Shown: positions 9,925-19,398, counted from the first letter of the stretch. The stretch is DNA of 59,845 bases from a virus (IMGVR_UViG_3300005533_000243:1-59845); one strand, 5' to 3'. A program made the numbers and translations. The notes: generated from the letters alone by a model not told the origin.

Positions 9925-10250
9925 GTGACCAGCAGCACCTGTGCGACCATCGCGTCACTCGGAAAAGTTTCGAATGGCTCGGTGAATTCGAGTTGGATCT
10001 TATCGTCGTTCACCCTCACGATGAACCGCACCATCACCCGGTCCTCGTGCTCGTCGTGGTAGACCTTGAGCACCCACTTTCGTTTTCCGTCGTGCGGCAC
10101 GAAGCGAGCCTGGACGCCATAATACGAATATCCGAAACGATCTATGGCGCGTTGGTCCGCGACTTCACGCGCAGCGTTGAGGCGAATGATCTGGCGTCCA
10201 GCCGACATCTCGCCAAGAGTCCTCGCGGTTATTCCCCGTGGTACGGACAT
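9921..10250 (-). CDS. Hypothetical protein with C-terminal FPSD motif
   Basis: Probable start MSVPRG; stop overlaps VRR-NUC start. Confidence 0.65.
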   Translation of the reverse strand: MSVPRGITARTLGEMSAGRQIIRLNAAREVADQRAIDRFGYSYYGVQARFVPHDGKRKWVLKVYHDEHEDRVMVRFIVRVNDDKIQLEFTEPFETFPSDAMVAQVLLVT

Positions 10251-10924
10251 TGTTTCACCGGGCACCAGTTGCGGCAGAGGCGGCCGGGCTTCGCCGGATA
10301 CGAGTTCGTCTCGTAGGCGTGCTTGAGCGACTCGATACGCGGCCATAGCCCCTTCCAGAGCTCGACCATTCCCTCGCGCGTGAAGTCCTCGCGCGTGCTG
10401 GCGTTCTCTTTGAGCCAGATAAATTCGCTACGCACCTTCTGCACTTCGGGGTAATGCGCGAAGACGCAGGCGGCGGCGAGCGCAAGCTGCACCGAGTCCT
10501 CGACGATCTTGCCGGTCTTCCAGTCGACGATCAGCGCCACCGGGCCGGCCACCTTGATGACGTCGCCGACCGCGCGGAACCACACCGGCGCGTCGAAAAA
10601 CCCGCACGGGCCGAACTCTTTGGTGATCGCGAGCTTCTGCTCGACGAGGATGCGGACGCCGGGCTGGTCGGCGCCGGCGAGGATCTTCTGGCACCACGGC
10701 TCGAACGACGTCATGGTGATCGGCAGTGGCGTGTTCTTGGCGATGCGCGCCGCGCACGCCGCGTGAACCTGGTTGCCCCAGAGGAGCTGCTCGCTCTCTT
10801 CCTCTTTGACGTCTTTGGCGACTTCGAGATGGTAGTGCCGCTTGGGGCACGTCTCGAAGTTTTTCAGGCGACTATAGCTCCACGTGAAGGGCTTCGGCCC
10901 TCCGCGGAATTGAGTGACCGCCAT
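10229..10924 (-). CDS. PD-(D/E)XK (Cas4/RecB-like) exonuclease
   Basis: WSYSRLKNFETCP, VEQKL, GDVI..IVDWKTGK, Q motif, C-terminal CRNWCPVKQC; TGATG start. Confidence 0.88.
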   Translation of the reverse strand: MAVTQFRGGPKPFTWSYSRLKNFETCPKRHYHLEVAKDVKEEESEQLLWGNQVHAACAARIAKNTPLPITMTSFEPWCQKILAGADQPGVRILVEQKLAITKEFGPCGFFDAPVWFRAVGDVIKVAGPVALIVDWKTGKIVEDSVQLALAAACVFAHYPEVQKVRSEFIWLKENASTREDFTREGMVELWKGLWPRIESLKHAYETNSYPAKPGRLCRNWCPVKQCPYHGE

Positions 10925-11355
10925 CAGCGGTTCTCCAGCACGCGAAGCTGCGTGATCAGCGAGTCGGAGGGGAACATCGCCCAATCGTCCTTGAGGATTA
11001 CCGACTCGTTGCCGGTGATGACGAACACGTGCACCGTGTCGGCGACCCTCGCTGCGTCCCAGTAGTCAAAAAACTTGGACGAGTCGGGCGTGCGGAGACG
11101 GTGCTTGATCATGTCGATCAGCCCCATGCCTTTATGGGCTTTCTCGAATTTGGGGGTGCCGACCATCGCTTGGAACATTTCCGCCATAGCGGACGGCATC
11201 GGCGTGTACCTCTGGAGATAATCCATCTCCAGCCCTTTGAGTCGCTGCAGGATCTCGTGTTTGCAATCCGGAGATATATTCGGATCTCTCAGAATTCTCT
11301 CTACGGGCTCGCCGAGATAGTTGTATTTGGGAGGACAAAGATCGCTGATCGCCAT
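10924..11355 (-). CDS. Hypothetical protein with C-terminal FPSD motif
   Basis: Coupled to the exonuclease by a TGATG overlap. Confidence 0.7.
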   Translation of the reverse strand: MAISDLCPPKYNYLGEPVERILRDPNISPDCKHEILQRLKGLEMDYLQRYTPMPSAMAEMFQAMVGTPKFEKAHKGMGLIDMIKHRLRTPDSSKFFDYWDAARVADTVHVFVITGNESVILKDDWAMFPSDSLITQLRVLENR

Positions 11356-11380
11356 CGTTACTCGCTGTGGGTGAGTGTGG

Positions 11381-11743
11381 TTATGCGGCTACGGATGGTT
11401 TCGTTTCGCTCTCCGTAACCTGCGGGGTAATCATCCCGCGGATTTTTTCTTTGGTTTCTTCGTCGAGCCAGTAGCCGACGTTGCGCCGCGAGTGGATTTG
11501 GATCTCCCACTCTTTCAGGTGGCGGCGAAGGCGGTGAACGGCGACCTTGGCGTCAGTCGCGATCTCGAGCCGCTGCCGGATGATTTCAGGCGTGACGGTA
11601 TCGAGTGAGATGAGAAGGCCGAACAGATTGTTCTGGGCCGGGGAGAGACGAAACGTGTTAGCGATGGTCTGATTGTTCTGGTTGAGAGCGGCACGCAGGT
11701 CTCGCAGTTGCTGCCGCAGAACTTCGATTTCGTCGTCCGACAT
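11381..11743 (-). CDS. Orphan OmpR/PhoB-type winged-helix DNA-binding protein with N-terminal coiled coil
   Basis: FRLSPAQNNLFGLL...AKVAVHRLRRHL...IHSRRNVGYWL. Confidence 0.78.
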   Translation of the reverse strand: MSDDEIEVLRQQLRDLRAALNQNNQTIANTFRLSPAQNNLFGLLISLDTVTPEIIRQRLEIATDAKVAVHRLRRHLKEWEIQIHSRRNVGYWLDEETKEKIRGMITPQVTESETKPSVAA

Positions 11744-11872
11744 GCGTGGTGGTGCCTCTCGGTTGGGTTACGCACGCCTTACAAAACGGAGAGTCACGCG
11801 ACAAGCTGTCGCGCGTCACAAAACCGCAACAGAACCAAAATCCATTCAAGTGTTCAGAGAGTTGCACGAAGG

Positions 11873-13783
11873 TCACTTTGCATCGCCGTATGTCGGGCCG
11901 CTTCCGACCTCCGCGGCGAGCGGAAGGTCCAACGCCCATTGCGGGCGCCGCACCATTTCCTCGTGAATAATTTTCTTCACCTCCGCGACGTGTTGCTTCG
12001 GCGTGATGAAGACGAGCTCGTCGTGCGCTTGCAGATTGAGCCACACGTTGTACTTGGCCACGCGCCGCTGAATTCGTACGGCAGCAGACATAGTCACGAT
12101 GCGGGCGATCGCTTGCACGATGTTCTCGAGCAGCGCTCCACCCCAAATAAATTTGGTCTTGGGTCCGTACTTGAAGCGCCACTGACCGCCTTCTTGCTGG
12201 AGGTCGCGATAGAAGAGACGTAACCCGCTGGGTAACAGGATCGAGCCCTTCTCGATCAGGCACGGACCGAATTCAGCACGGCCGCCGCCGGACAGGATGT
12301 TGAGATGCGCGCCGAGCGTTTTCCACGCACCCGAAATCCGGTAGTTTTTTCGACGATAAGTTTTGACGGTCTTGATCGACGTCTCGTCGTCCAACTCGAT
12401 CGCGGTACCGATTTGTTGCTTCGATAGGATTTTGACCGAGCGTTGAAACTTCTCCCAGCCGACGCCGAAGCCGAGGCTGAGAATTCCGGTCTTGCCGACG
12501 AAGCCCATGCCGACTTGTTGCGGATCAGGATCACCGTTCGGGAGTTTTGCCTTGCGGTTGACCGGCTGGTCGAACACTTCGGATGCAAAGTCCGAATAGA
12601 CGTCGGCTCCGCGCGCGAACGCGTCAACAAGATCAGTCTGGCCGCAGATCCACGCGGTAATGCGCGCCTCGATTTGTGAGGCATCGGCGACAACGGCTTC
12701 TTCGTCCGGGCCAACCGTGAGTGCGCGCCGGAGCGCCTTGACGCCGTCGCGCGCCGGCATGTTCTGCATATTGATTTTCCACTCGCCCGACAGGCGATGT
12801 GTATGCGCGCCGGAGAAGCGCAGCGGCACCGGCATCAGTCCGACTTGTCCCTTACCAGGCCAGTTCAAGGCGGCAATCTCGAGCAGGCGCTTGGTGCGCG
12901 TCTCCTCGAGCGTGCTCTTGTGACCCAATCGGGCGGCGATCAGCGCCTGCACCGCGGGGTTGTCGTCCTCCTCAAGTGCGAGGAAATCGGGATCGGTCTT
13001 TGAGAACGCCCACGTCGAAAGCCCGGTCGTCGGCGAAATCTTCTTCGGCGGTTCGCACCCGACGTTCCGCAGGAGCTCGGCGAAGCGATCGTTCGACATC
13101 AAATCGCTCTTGCCGTCGACGCCGCCCGCGAGCATTGCCTGGGCGAGAAGTTCGTTCTTCTGCTGGACGATGCTGTTGAGGTGAACAGCGAGTTTCGGCG
13201 CGTCGAGAATGAAGCGCGGTTTGATCGCGCAACGCAGGACCATATCCATGACCGGCAGCTCTTCGGCCGGGAATTCACCCGACTCGACAAGCTTCTCGAA
13301 GATCCCTTCGTTCAGATCGTTATCGTTGAGCGCGTACACCTCGTAATCCGGCCAGAGGCCGGCGGCCTTGATGGCCGCGCCGCACATGCCCTCGACTTTG
13401 AGGATCGTCTTGCCTTTCGCCGGCAGGCCCAGATGCTCCGCTACGGTTTCGAGGTTGAGGCGCTTGAGTTCGGAGCCGCGGCAAGCGCGCGCGACCCCCA
13501 TCGTGTCGACCATCAGCTTGGGCACGAAGTCATATTTCCACGCTGTGATGCACATATCGAACAGCGCGTTGAAAGTTACCATGCAGGTATCTTTCGGATC
13601 GAGCGACGCAAAGTAGGCGCGGAGCTCCGCGTCCTCGAGAAAGACACCGGGTTGACGCCGTTCTTTCACGGCGCAGCCGATCATTTCGAAGCGGGGATCG
13701 AGGATGTATTGCACCGGCGTCATGCGGCGCAGCGTGTATTCCTTGGAGTAGAACGTCTCGTAGTCGAGGAAAACGAATTTCAT
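11873..13783 (-). CDS. polA: Family A DNA polymerase with 3'-5' exonuclease
   Basis: ExoI FLDYET, FNALFD, THRLSG, NMQNMP, motif A ADASQIEAR, motif B KTGILSLGFG, motif C QAHDEL; alternative GTG start at 13798. Confidence 0.95.
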   Translation of the reverse strand: MKFVFLDYETFYSKEYTLRRMTPVQYILDPRFEMIGCAVKERRQPGVFLEDAELRAYFASLDPKDTCMVTFNALFDMCITAWKYDFVPKLMVDTMGVARACRGSELKRLNLETVAEHLGLPAKGKTILKVEGMCGAAIKAAGLWPDYEVYALNDNDLNEGIFEKLVESGEFPAEELPVMDMVLRCAIKPRFILDAPKLAVHLNSIVQQKNELLAQAMLAGGVDGKSDLMSNDRFAELLRNVGCEPPKKISPTTGLSTWAFSKTDPDFLALEEDDNPAVQALIAARLGHKSTLEETRTKRLLEIAALNWPGKGQVGLMPVPLRFSGAHTHRLSGEWKINMQNMPARDGVKALRRALTVGPDEEAVVADASQIEARITAWICGQTDLVDAFARGADVYSDFASEVFDQPVNRKAKLPNGDPDPQQVGMGFVGKTGILSLGFGVGWEKFQRSVKILSKQQIGTAIELDDETSIKTVKTYRRKNYRISGAWKTLGAHLNILSGGGRAEFGPCLIEKGSILLPSGLRLFYRDLQQEGGQWRFKYGPKTKFIWGGALLENIVQAIARIVTMSAAVRIQRRVAKYNVWLNLQAHDELVFITPKQHVAEVKKIIHEEMVRRPQWALDLPLAAEVGSGPTYGDAK

Positions 13784-13876
13784 TTTTCTGAAACCCACCG
13801 ATAGTTGACTTGGGGAGTCGCAACCCCTATCTGTTGCGACGCTCGCGACCAGCGAGTGCTCCTGTGGGTGGAGTTC

Positions 13877-13916
13877 GGCGCGTCGAGGATGGTGGTCCTC
13901 GGCGCGCCTTTTATTT
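13877..13916 (+). terminator. Intrinsic terminator-like hairpin facing antisense to the operon
   Basis: GGCGCGTCGAGGA-TGGTGG-TCCTCGGCGCGCC followed by TTTTATTT. Confidence 0.55.
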
Positions 13917-14625
13917 AGGTCTCCCTACGATCGACAGCCTTTCCGCAGAATTCGAACGATGGCATCGAAGTCAGGTTGGCAAAGGCTTCCGCCTTGGGCG
14001 CCGGCGCCGCCTCGATCAGCTTTGACGCGGTGATTATGCCGGACGAAATCCGACATGCCTGCCGCAGGTCTTCGGGGAGTGACGGCGTATTTTTGGGCGC
14101 GCGGAAATCGCGAATCTTGTCGGCGAATTCCTTGAGCTCGTCGACGCCGTCGCACAGAGTGAGGATCACCGGCCAGTAGAACCGCATCTGCTGCGCGGAG
14201 CCGCACGTACTGACCAGATTATCCAGCGCGTAGTGCGCTAGACTAAAACCTTTCGCCGTCTCCATTCGAAGTTCGGCCCACGCGTTGAGCTTTGCGCGCA
14301 GGGAATCGGATATTTGGTCGTATCGCGCTGTGGCGCGCGCGGGGAGCACCGGCGGCGACTTACCGTTGTGTGGGCGGCACGTCGCCTGAATTACTGCATG
14401 GTGTTCGCCGCCAACGGGGTACCCGATTTGGGTTTGGTCCACCGAATTGAGGTTCGTTAGAACCCCGGCGCGCTTCAAGATGAAGGCATCTTCTGGGTCG
14501 GCGATCAGGTCCAGCACCTCGTCGTGCGTGAGCTCGATGGACTGCGTCTTTGCCATCTCGCTGTGCAGGTACATGATCCGCCGGTTGAGCTGCGAATGGA
14601 TGTTCCAAGAGATTGCGCGACTCAT
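13915..14625 (-). CDS. Hypothetical protein
   Basis: 236 aa ORF with GGAGGT RBS. Confidence 0.8.
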   Translation of the reverse strand: MSRAISWNIHSQLNRRIMYLHSEMAKTQSIELTHDEVLDLIADPEDAFILKRAGVLTNLNSVDQTQIGYPVGGEHHAVIQATCRPHNGKSPPVLPARATARYDQISDSLRAKLNAWAELRMETAKGFSLAHYALDNLVSTCGSAQQMRFYWPVILTLCDGVDELKEFADKIRDFRAPKNTPSLPEDLRQACRISSGIITASKLIEAAPAPKAEAFANLTSMPSFEFCGKAVDRRET

Positions 14626-14832
14626 TCAGTTACCTCCGTGGTAATTTTCGGTGGCTTGCGTGGTTTCACCGCCATGATTACGGCCTTGAGGGGATGCGGA
14701 ACCTCGCCTTGTCTCGCCTATCCACGCGGCCTCATGAAAGAACCGCGCGGCCTACGTTCGCCCATACAAACAGCGGGAATGTCGGAACCGCCATCTGCAC
14801 TGCCACCGGTGGAAGCGGGGGATAACCTCCCC

Positions 14833-16083
14833 TCAGGCATCACTCCCGCTCGGCACGTCAACGACGTCGCCGAACGGATATTTCGAACTCGGATAGATGT
14901 TCCCCCAGATCACCGGGTAAGCCGGCGGCTTATCGGGGAACGAACCCATGCCGTCCGTGAGGAACACGAGCGCCTCCGGCTCTAGACCGCGCTCGGCAAT
15001 CTCGTCGAATACCGGACGAAAATCCGTGCCACCACCCCCCGGTGCGCCCTTGCAGCGCACAGAGTTGAGGTCGCTCGGATCATAGAGCTCGTCGACGCGG
15101 TGGACTTTCGCGTCACACCAGATCACCACGAGCTCGCGCGGCCGGACATCTTCCAAGATCCCGGCCATCTCGGCGAAGAACATATCCAATTCCTTCTCGC
15201 CGATAGATCCCGACGTATCGCAGCCGACGACGACAGTGCCGGCACCGAAGCCGGAGCGTCCGGGGGCAACGATACCCCGCACGATCAGGCGGCGATCGGG
15301 CTTCTGCCAGTTGTACGAGCCGCTACCGACCTTGCGCGCGAACAGCGCACGGATCTTCTCGCGCCAGTCGATCTGCGGATCGAGAAGCTCTCCGAAGAGC
15401 CGTTCGAGACCGGCGGGAAGCTTGCCCTGTGCACGAGCGGCATTGGCCGCCGCGGCAATCGCCGTCTTCCACGCGATCTCGTTTCGCTGCTGGGACGCCG
15501 TGTTGGGATCTTGGCCCCTGCCGGCGCCCGGCGACAGGTGGATGTCGAAGCCCTTGCCGCTCATCGGCGGCTTGTCCTTGATCAGCTTCCGATAAGCGTC
15601 GAGGCCGGTATCCTTCGCCGTCGCGATCTTCGGGTCGTGCAGCCAGTCCTTGTTGAACTGGCCGACCTTCGACTCGATCAGCGCGTCGTTGATCACCAAG
15701 TCGAGCGCCTGGTTCATCGTCTGCTGGTCGTAGGGAAACGACTTACCATCGGGGTAACTTACCTTTCCCCGCTGGGCGAATTGGTGCATCGTGATGCAGT
15801 GGTTGTAGATGCAGTGCATGATTTCGTGCGCCACGATGAACACGCGCTCGTTCAGGTTATATTTGAAGAACGTGTCGGGGTTGATGATGAGCGAAGAGCC
15901 ATCGGTGGCCGCGATCGGAACGTCCTTCGTGAACATCGCGATGTGCTTCGAGTTCACGGTGTCGAGCATCGTGTAAAAAATGTGCGAGAACGCGGGGCAG
16001 TGCCAGAGCAACGAAACGCGCGTGTCGCTCCAAGCTTTTTCCTGCGCCGGTGTGAGTGCGCACGGTTCAGGCTTCTTGTCCAT
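14833..16083 (-). CDS. Metallopeptidase-vWA protein (DUF2201-like)
   Basis: AATDG, AHEIMH (HEXXH), MIDAS CDTSGS, GGGGTDF, FLTDG. Confidence 0.9.
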   Translation of the reverse strand: MDKKPEPCALTPAQEKAWSDTRVSLLWHCPAFSHIFYTMLDTVNSKHIAMFTKDVPIAATDGSSLIINPDTFFKYNLNERVFIVAHEIMHCIYNHCITMHQFAQRGKVSYPDGKSFPYDQQTMNQALDLVINDALIESKVGQFNKDWLHDPKIATAKDTGLDAYRKLIKDKPPMSGKGFDIHLSPGAGRGQDPNTASQQRNEIAWKTAIAAAANAARAQGKLPAGLERLFGELLDPQIDWREKIRALFARKVGSGSYNWQKPDRRLIVRGIVAPGRSGFGAGTVVVGCDTSGSIGEKELDMFFAEMAGILEDVRPRELVVIWCDAKVHRVDELYDPSDLNSVRCKGAPGGGGTDFRPVFDEIAERGLEPEALVFLTDGMGSFPDKPPAYPVIWGNIYPSSKYPFGDVVDVPSGSDA

Positions 16084-16354
16084 TCTCACTCCTCTCTTTG
16101 GGTGGCGGTGTTGGTGTAGGTGGAAGCTGTCCGAGCTCGTGCAAGCGGGCGACGACCTCGATAATCGTTTCGTAGGATTCCGGGATCACGATCCTCTTGC
16201 CGAGGAACTCCACCGATCCCTCTCGATAGACCACGTAGTCGCCTTCACGCGACTCGAGAACGAACGCGGTGTCGCTTCCGTTAGGAGCGCACCGGTAAAA
16301 GCGGCCGCTGGACGCGAGCACTTCAAAAGGGAATCCCAACAGAGGGATCGTCAT
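16067..16354 (-). CDS. Hypothetical protein
   Basis: ATGA overlap with upstream gene. Confidence 0.6.
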   Translation of the reverse strand: MTIPLLGFPFEVLASSGRFYRCAPNGSDTAFVLESREGDYVVYREGSVEFLGKRIVIPESYETIIEVVARLHELGQLPPTPTPPPKERSENGQEA

Positions 16355-16605
16355 CCGGTGCCCTGATCTTCGGCAGGCTGCTCTTCCGGAATGTCGTCGG
16401 CCAGCAGGATCTCTTCCTGCGGCGTGAACATATCTTCGGTGAACAGCGCGACCTGCGGCTTGCTCTTGTCCTGCAAGAGCAGCGCGGTGGTGTAGATGTG
16501 CTTCGCGGCCATCTTGGCGGCGGTCAGCATCTGCTTGTCCTTCTCCTCCTTCGTGTCGGCGTCACGATGGTCGAAGCGGACTTGGATGGTGAGCGTGTTG
16601 CTCAT
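16351..16605 (-). CDS. Hypothetical protein
   Basis: GGAGGT RBS, ATGA overlaps. Confidence 0.75.
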   Translation of the reverse strand: MSNTLTIQVRFDHRDADTKEEKDKQMLTAAKMAAKHIYTTALLLQDKSKPQVALFTEDMFTPQEEILLADDIPEEQPAEDQGTG

Positions 16606-17144
16606 GGGTTACCTCCAGGGGTTACTCCGAGAATGATGCGAAAGACGGGATTGGTGCGGCACGCTTCGCGCCACGCGTGGAAGACTTTCGTGCCCTCTTC
16701 ATCGAAGAACACGAAGGTCCAATTGCCCTTGCGCTCGATGCGGGAAACGCCTTCTTCGGCTTGCTCCCCCCGCCGAACTACTTTGCTGACCAACAGAAGC
16801 GACGACACCAACTGCTGTGATCTCTTGCTGCGGCGTACGTCCATCGTGATCAAAGGAATTTCCCGCCAAGTTTGCGTGGCCTCATCCCACCGGCTGCGAG
16901 CCTCTTCCTCGGCGAACGGCCGAATGCGATCGGACTTCGAGGCGAGCTCTTTGAACTCATCGCGAAGCGATGATCCAATCTGGTGCAACAATCCGGCGGC
17001 CTCTTTGCTGATGTAGACGATCCCGTCTTTTTCGAAGCCATCGAAGGCCGCTTGAATTGCAGCGGCGCCGGCGTCGATAAGCCGTCCTGCTTCCTCGTGC
17101 TGCTTGCGCACCTCGAGGATCTTTTCCCTGATGTGTGGGTGCAC
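16602..17144 (-). CDS. Hypothetical protein
   Basis: GTG start with GGAGGT RBS. Confidence 0.7.
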   Translation of the reverse strand: MHPHIREKILEVRKQHEEAGRLIDAGAAAIQAAFDGFEKDGIVYISKEAAGLLHQIGSSLRDEFKELASKSDRIRPFAEEEARSRWDEATQTWREIPLITMDVRRSKRSQQLVSSLLLVSKVVRRGEQAEEGVSRIERKGNWTFVFFDEEGTKVFHAWREACRTNPVFRIILGVTPGGNP

Positions 17145-17168
17145 GGTGGGTTACCTCCAAGGTAAAGG

Positions 17169-17213
17169 GCCGGGCTCGCCGCTCGCGGGGGCGGGGGACG
17201 CGACGAGCCCGGC
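17169..17213. other. GC-rich intergenic hairpin (processing or pause site?)
   Basis: GCCGGGCTCG...CGAGCCCGGC 10-bp stem, no U tract. Confidence 0.45.
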
Positions 17214-17232
17214 AGGCGTATCTTCGGTGCGA

Positions 17233-18303
17233 TTACTTCGCGCCGGAGATGGCCGCCATCAGTGAGCTGTTCTCCATGCACCACTTCTGCATCGCAGGCG
17301 TGGAGACCAGCGAGATGTCCTTCTTGCACGCGGCCTTCGCGAAGGTGACGCTGAATTCCTTCGGCATCCGTTCGACGTACTTGATGACGGGAACGATGTC
17401 CTTCTGCGTGACGCGGTGCGCGAGGTTGTAACAGACGAGCATCTGGGCATCCGGTTTCGTCGGCAGCTTCGCCTTGTCCGGACCCGCGACGATCGTCTCG
17501 TACTTCGGCATCTCGCGCTCGAGCTTGACGAACGCGAAATACTGCGCTGTCGCACCCTGACCGATAATGCCTCCGACTTCCTCCATCGCGGTGGGATCGT
17601 CGGGGATGTTGCCCTTCTCGGAGATGGCTTGCAGATACCGATCCGCACCGACCAGAGACCGCGGCGTGCACCACGGCCCCTGCTTGTCAGGCACCTTGTC
17701 GGCGAACACGATCTGCGGGTTCTGGGAAGCGAACGCCACGGTGAGGGGCATCACACCGTTGTTCATCGCCCAGTCGACCCACGATTCGAGGTCGTCGGTG
17801 ACGTCGATTTCCATGCGGCGGTTGATCAGATGGTCCAGCTCCTTGGTCGAACCGGAACGATCCTCGCTGCGGTTACCCGCCATCCACACGCGCCAGCCCT
17901 TCGGCAGGCGATGCGGACCGAGGCGACCAGACAGGGCGGCCTCACCGATGATCTTCTTGACGTCGGTGTCCATCTTGTCGGCTTCGTCGACAACGACGAT
18001 CCCGCCGTCATACTGATCGAGCCGCTTGCCTTCGTCCGTCCTGAACCAGAACGGATCGGAGAACAGCGACTCCAGGTGTCCCTCGATTTCGCGCGGCATG
18101 AGATAGCCGACCGAGTCCGGCGGGTTGAGCAACGGCCCATTGATGATCACGAGGCCGAAGTTCTTACCGAGCTTCTTCGAGAGGATCGCCGGCGCTTCGG
18201 AAAAGACGGTGGTCTTTCCTCGGCCGGGCGACGACTTGAGATAGACGCAATACCCGGAGGCGTACCAGCCGGGGATGCGCTCAAGGACAGTGTTCAACTT
18301 CAT
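17233..18303 (-). CDS. MoxR-like AAA+ ATPase
   Basis: SSPGRGKTT, VVVDEADK, sensor MAGNR, LINRR, CTPRS. Confidence 0.88.
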   Translation of the reverse strand: MKLNTVLERIPGWYASGYCVYLKSSPGRGKTTVFSEAPAILSKKLGKNFGLVIINGPLLNPPDSVGYLMPREIEGHLESLFSDPFWFRTDEGKRLDQYDGGIVVVDEADKMDTDVKKIIGEAALSGRLGPHRLPKGWRVWMAGNRSEDRSGSTKELDHLINRRMEIDVTDDLESWVDWAMNNGVMPLTVAFASQNPQIVFADKVPDKQGPWCTPRSLVGADRYLQAISEKGNIPDDPTAMEEVGGIIGQGATAQYFAFVKLEREMPKYETIVAGPDKAKLPTKPDAQMLVCYNLAHRVTQKDIVPVIKYVERMPKEFSVTFAKAACKKDISLVSTPAMQKWCMENSSLMAAISGAK

Positions 18304-18619
18304 TCACGGGCTCCTGAGTGTGGGTGGGCGGGGACTTCACGCGCCGCAGGTGGGGCGGACGCGTAAACGGAATGCGGCGGACGGGCTGCACCAGCTCGAT
18401 CTTGCCGGCTGAATTCGTCTCGACGGCGAGGCGCGCGCGCCGCGTCTTGATGACGAGCGACTGCTCGCTCTTGGTGAGCTTGTCGAAAAAGTCGCGGTCG
18501 ACGCGGAGGACGTTCAGCGACTTGTCGAGCACGGCGACAGTGCTAGTGCCCAGCGATCCATCCGTTACGAAGCGGACCACCCGCGGCGGCCCGTCGTCGG
18601 GCATCATGGAGAAGTTCAT
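18281..18619 (-). CDS. Hypothetical protein
   Basis: GAGGT RBS. Confidence 0.7.
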   Translation of the reverse strand: MNFSMMPDDGPPRVVRFVTDGSLGTSTVAVLDKSLNVLRVDRDFFDKLTKSEQSLVIKTRRARLAVETNSAGKIELVQPVRRIPFTRPPHLRRVKSPPTHTQEPVNEVEHCP

Positions 18620-18634
18620 CGTTACCTCGTGGGG

Positions 18635-19177
18635 TTACGCGGCCTTGGATCTCTTCAGCTCACGGACAAACTTGCGGACGTCGCCGACGAATTCCTTCAG
18701 CGATCCGAAATTCTGGATCGTGTAGTCGGCGGGGAAGTTCATCAGCTCGCTGGGATGCGACGACTTCGGAAACAGTTCCGGCCGGTCGATCCGCAAAATG
18801 AAACCGCCCGCGGCTTTGATGGCGCGGGCTTCATTCTCAAATCGGCAATCCTCGGCGACGACATGCAGCTTGGACGGCAGCATCTGGCACGAACGCTTCC
18901 ATGCATTGATCCAGAGGTCGGGATGGATCATGTCGCGGCCCCACTCGGAGCCGAGCGTTTGCATCGCGTGCCGCGGAGTGCGGCCGCCGAGCAACGCGCA
19001 TGGCGTTTCTTTCAGCGAGCCTTCTATCTCTTCGTCGTTGAGGCCGAGAGCACGCATCATGTTCTTGAACGGCGCGGCGAAGCGCACGCGCGCAAAGCCC
19101 AGCTCTTCGAATTCGACGGCGGCCGTGCTCTTGCCGGCGCCAATCTTTCCGGTGATGCCGATGACGAGACGTTTCAT
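18635..19177 (-). CDS. Deoxynucleoside monophosphate kinase
   Basis: IGITGKIGAGKST, FAAPFK, TPRHAMQTLGSEWGRD, DCRFENE, HPSE. Confidence 0.9.
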   Translation of the reverse strand: MKRLVIGITGKIGAGKSTAAVEFEELGFARVRFAAPFKNMMRALGLNDEEIEGSLKETPCALLGGRTPRHAMQTLGSEWGRDMIHPDLWINAWKRSCQMLPSKLHVVAEDCRFENEARAIKAAGGFILRIDRPELFPKSSHPSELMNFPADYTIQNFGSLKEFVGDVRKFVRELKRSKAA

Positions 19178-19261
19178 TGATCGCTTTCTTGCAGGTGGAA
19201 GACATGCGCCAGTAACCCCGCAGGGTTACGCGGGGGTCACATTTCAAAATCGTTCAGGAAT

Positions 19262-19390
19262 TTATTTCTGTTCGGCGGCGCGCTCGTGCGCGAGTTTCGC
19301 CAACGCCAAGAGCAGGCCAGCGATCTTCTCCAGCGAGCGCCAGATAAAGAGGAGCAGAAGCGCGACGACGATGAGTGTGGCGGTCAGCAT
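19262..19390 (-). CDS. Small membrane peptide (42 aa)
   Basis: GAGGAG RBS then MLTATLIVVALLLLFIW. Confidence 0.6.
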   Translation of the reverse strand: MLTATLIVVALLLLFIWRSLEKIAGLLLALAKLAHERAAEQK

Positions 19391-19398
19391 GATGCTCC

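Noticed and set aside
10229-10924. Cas4-like nuclease as sign of CRISPR-Cas
   Set aside because: No repeat-spacer array or other cas genes; standard phage replication exonuclease context
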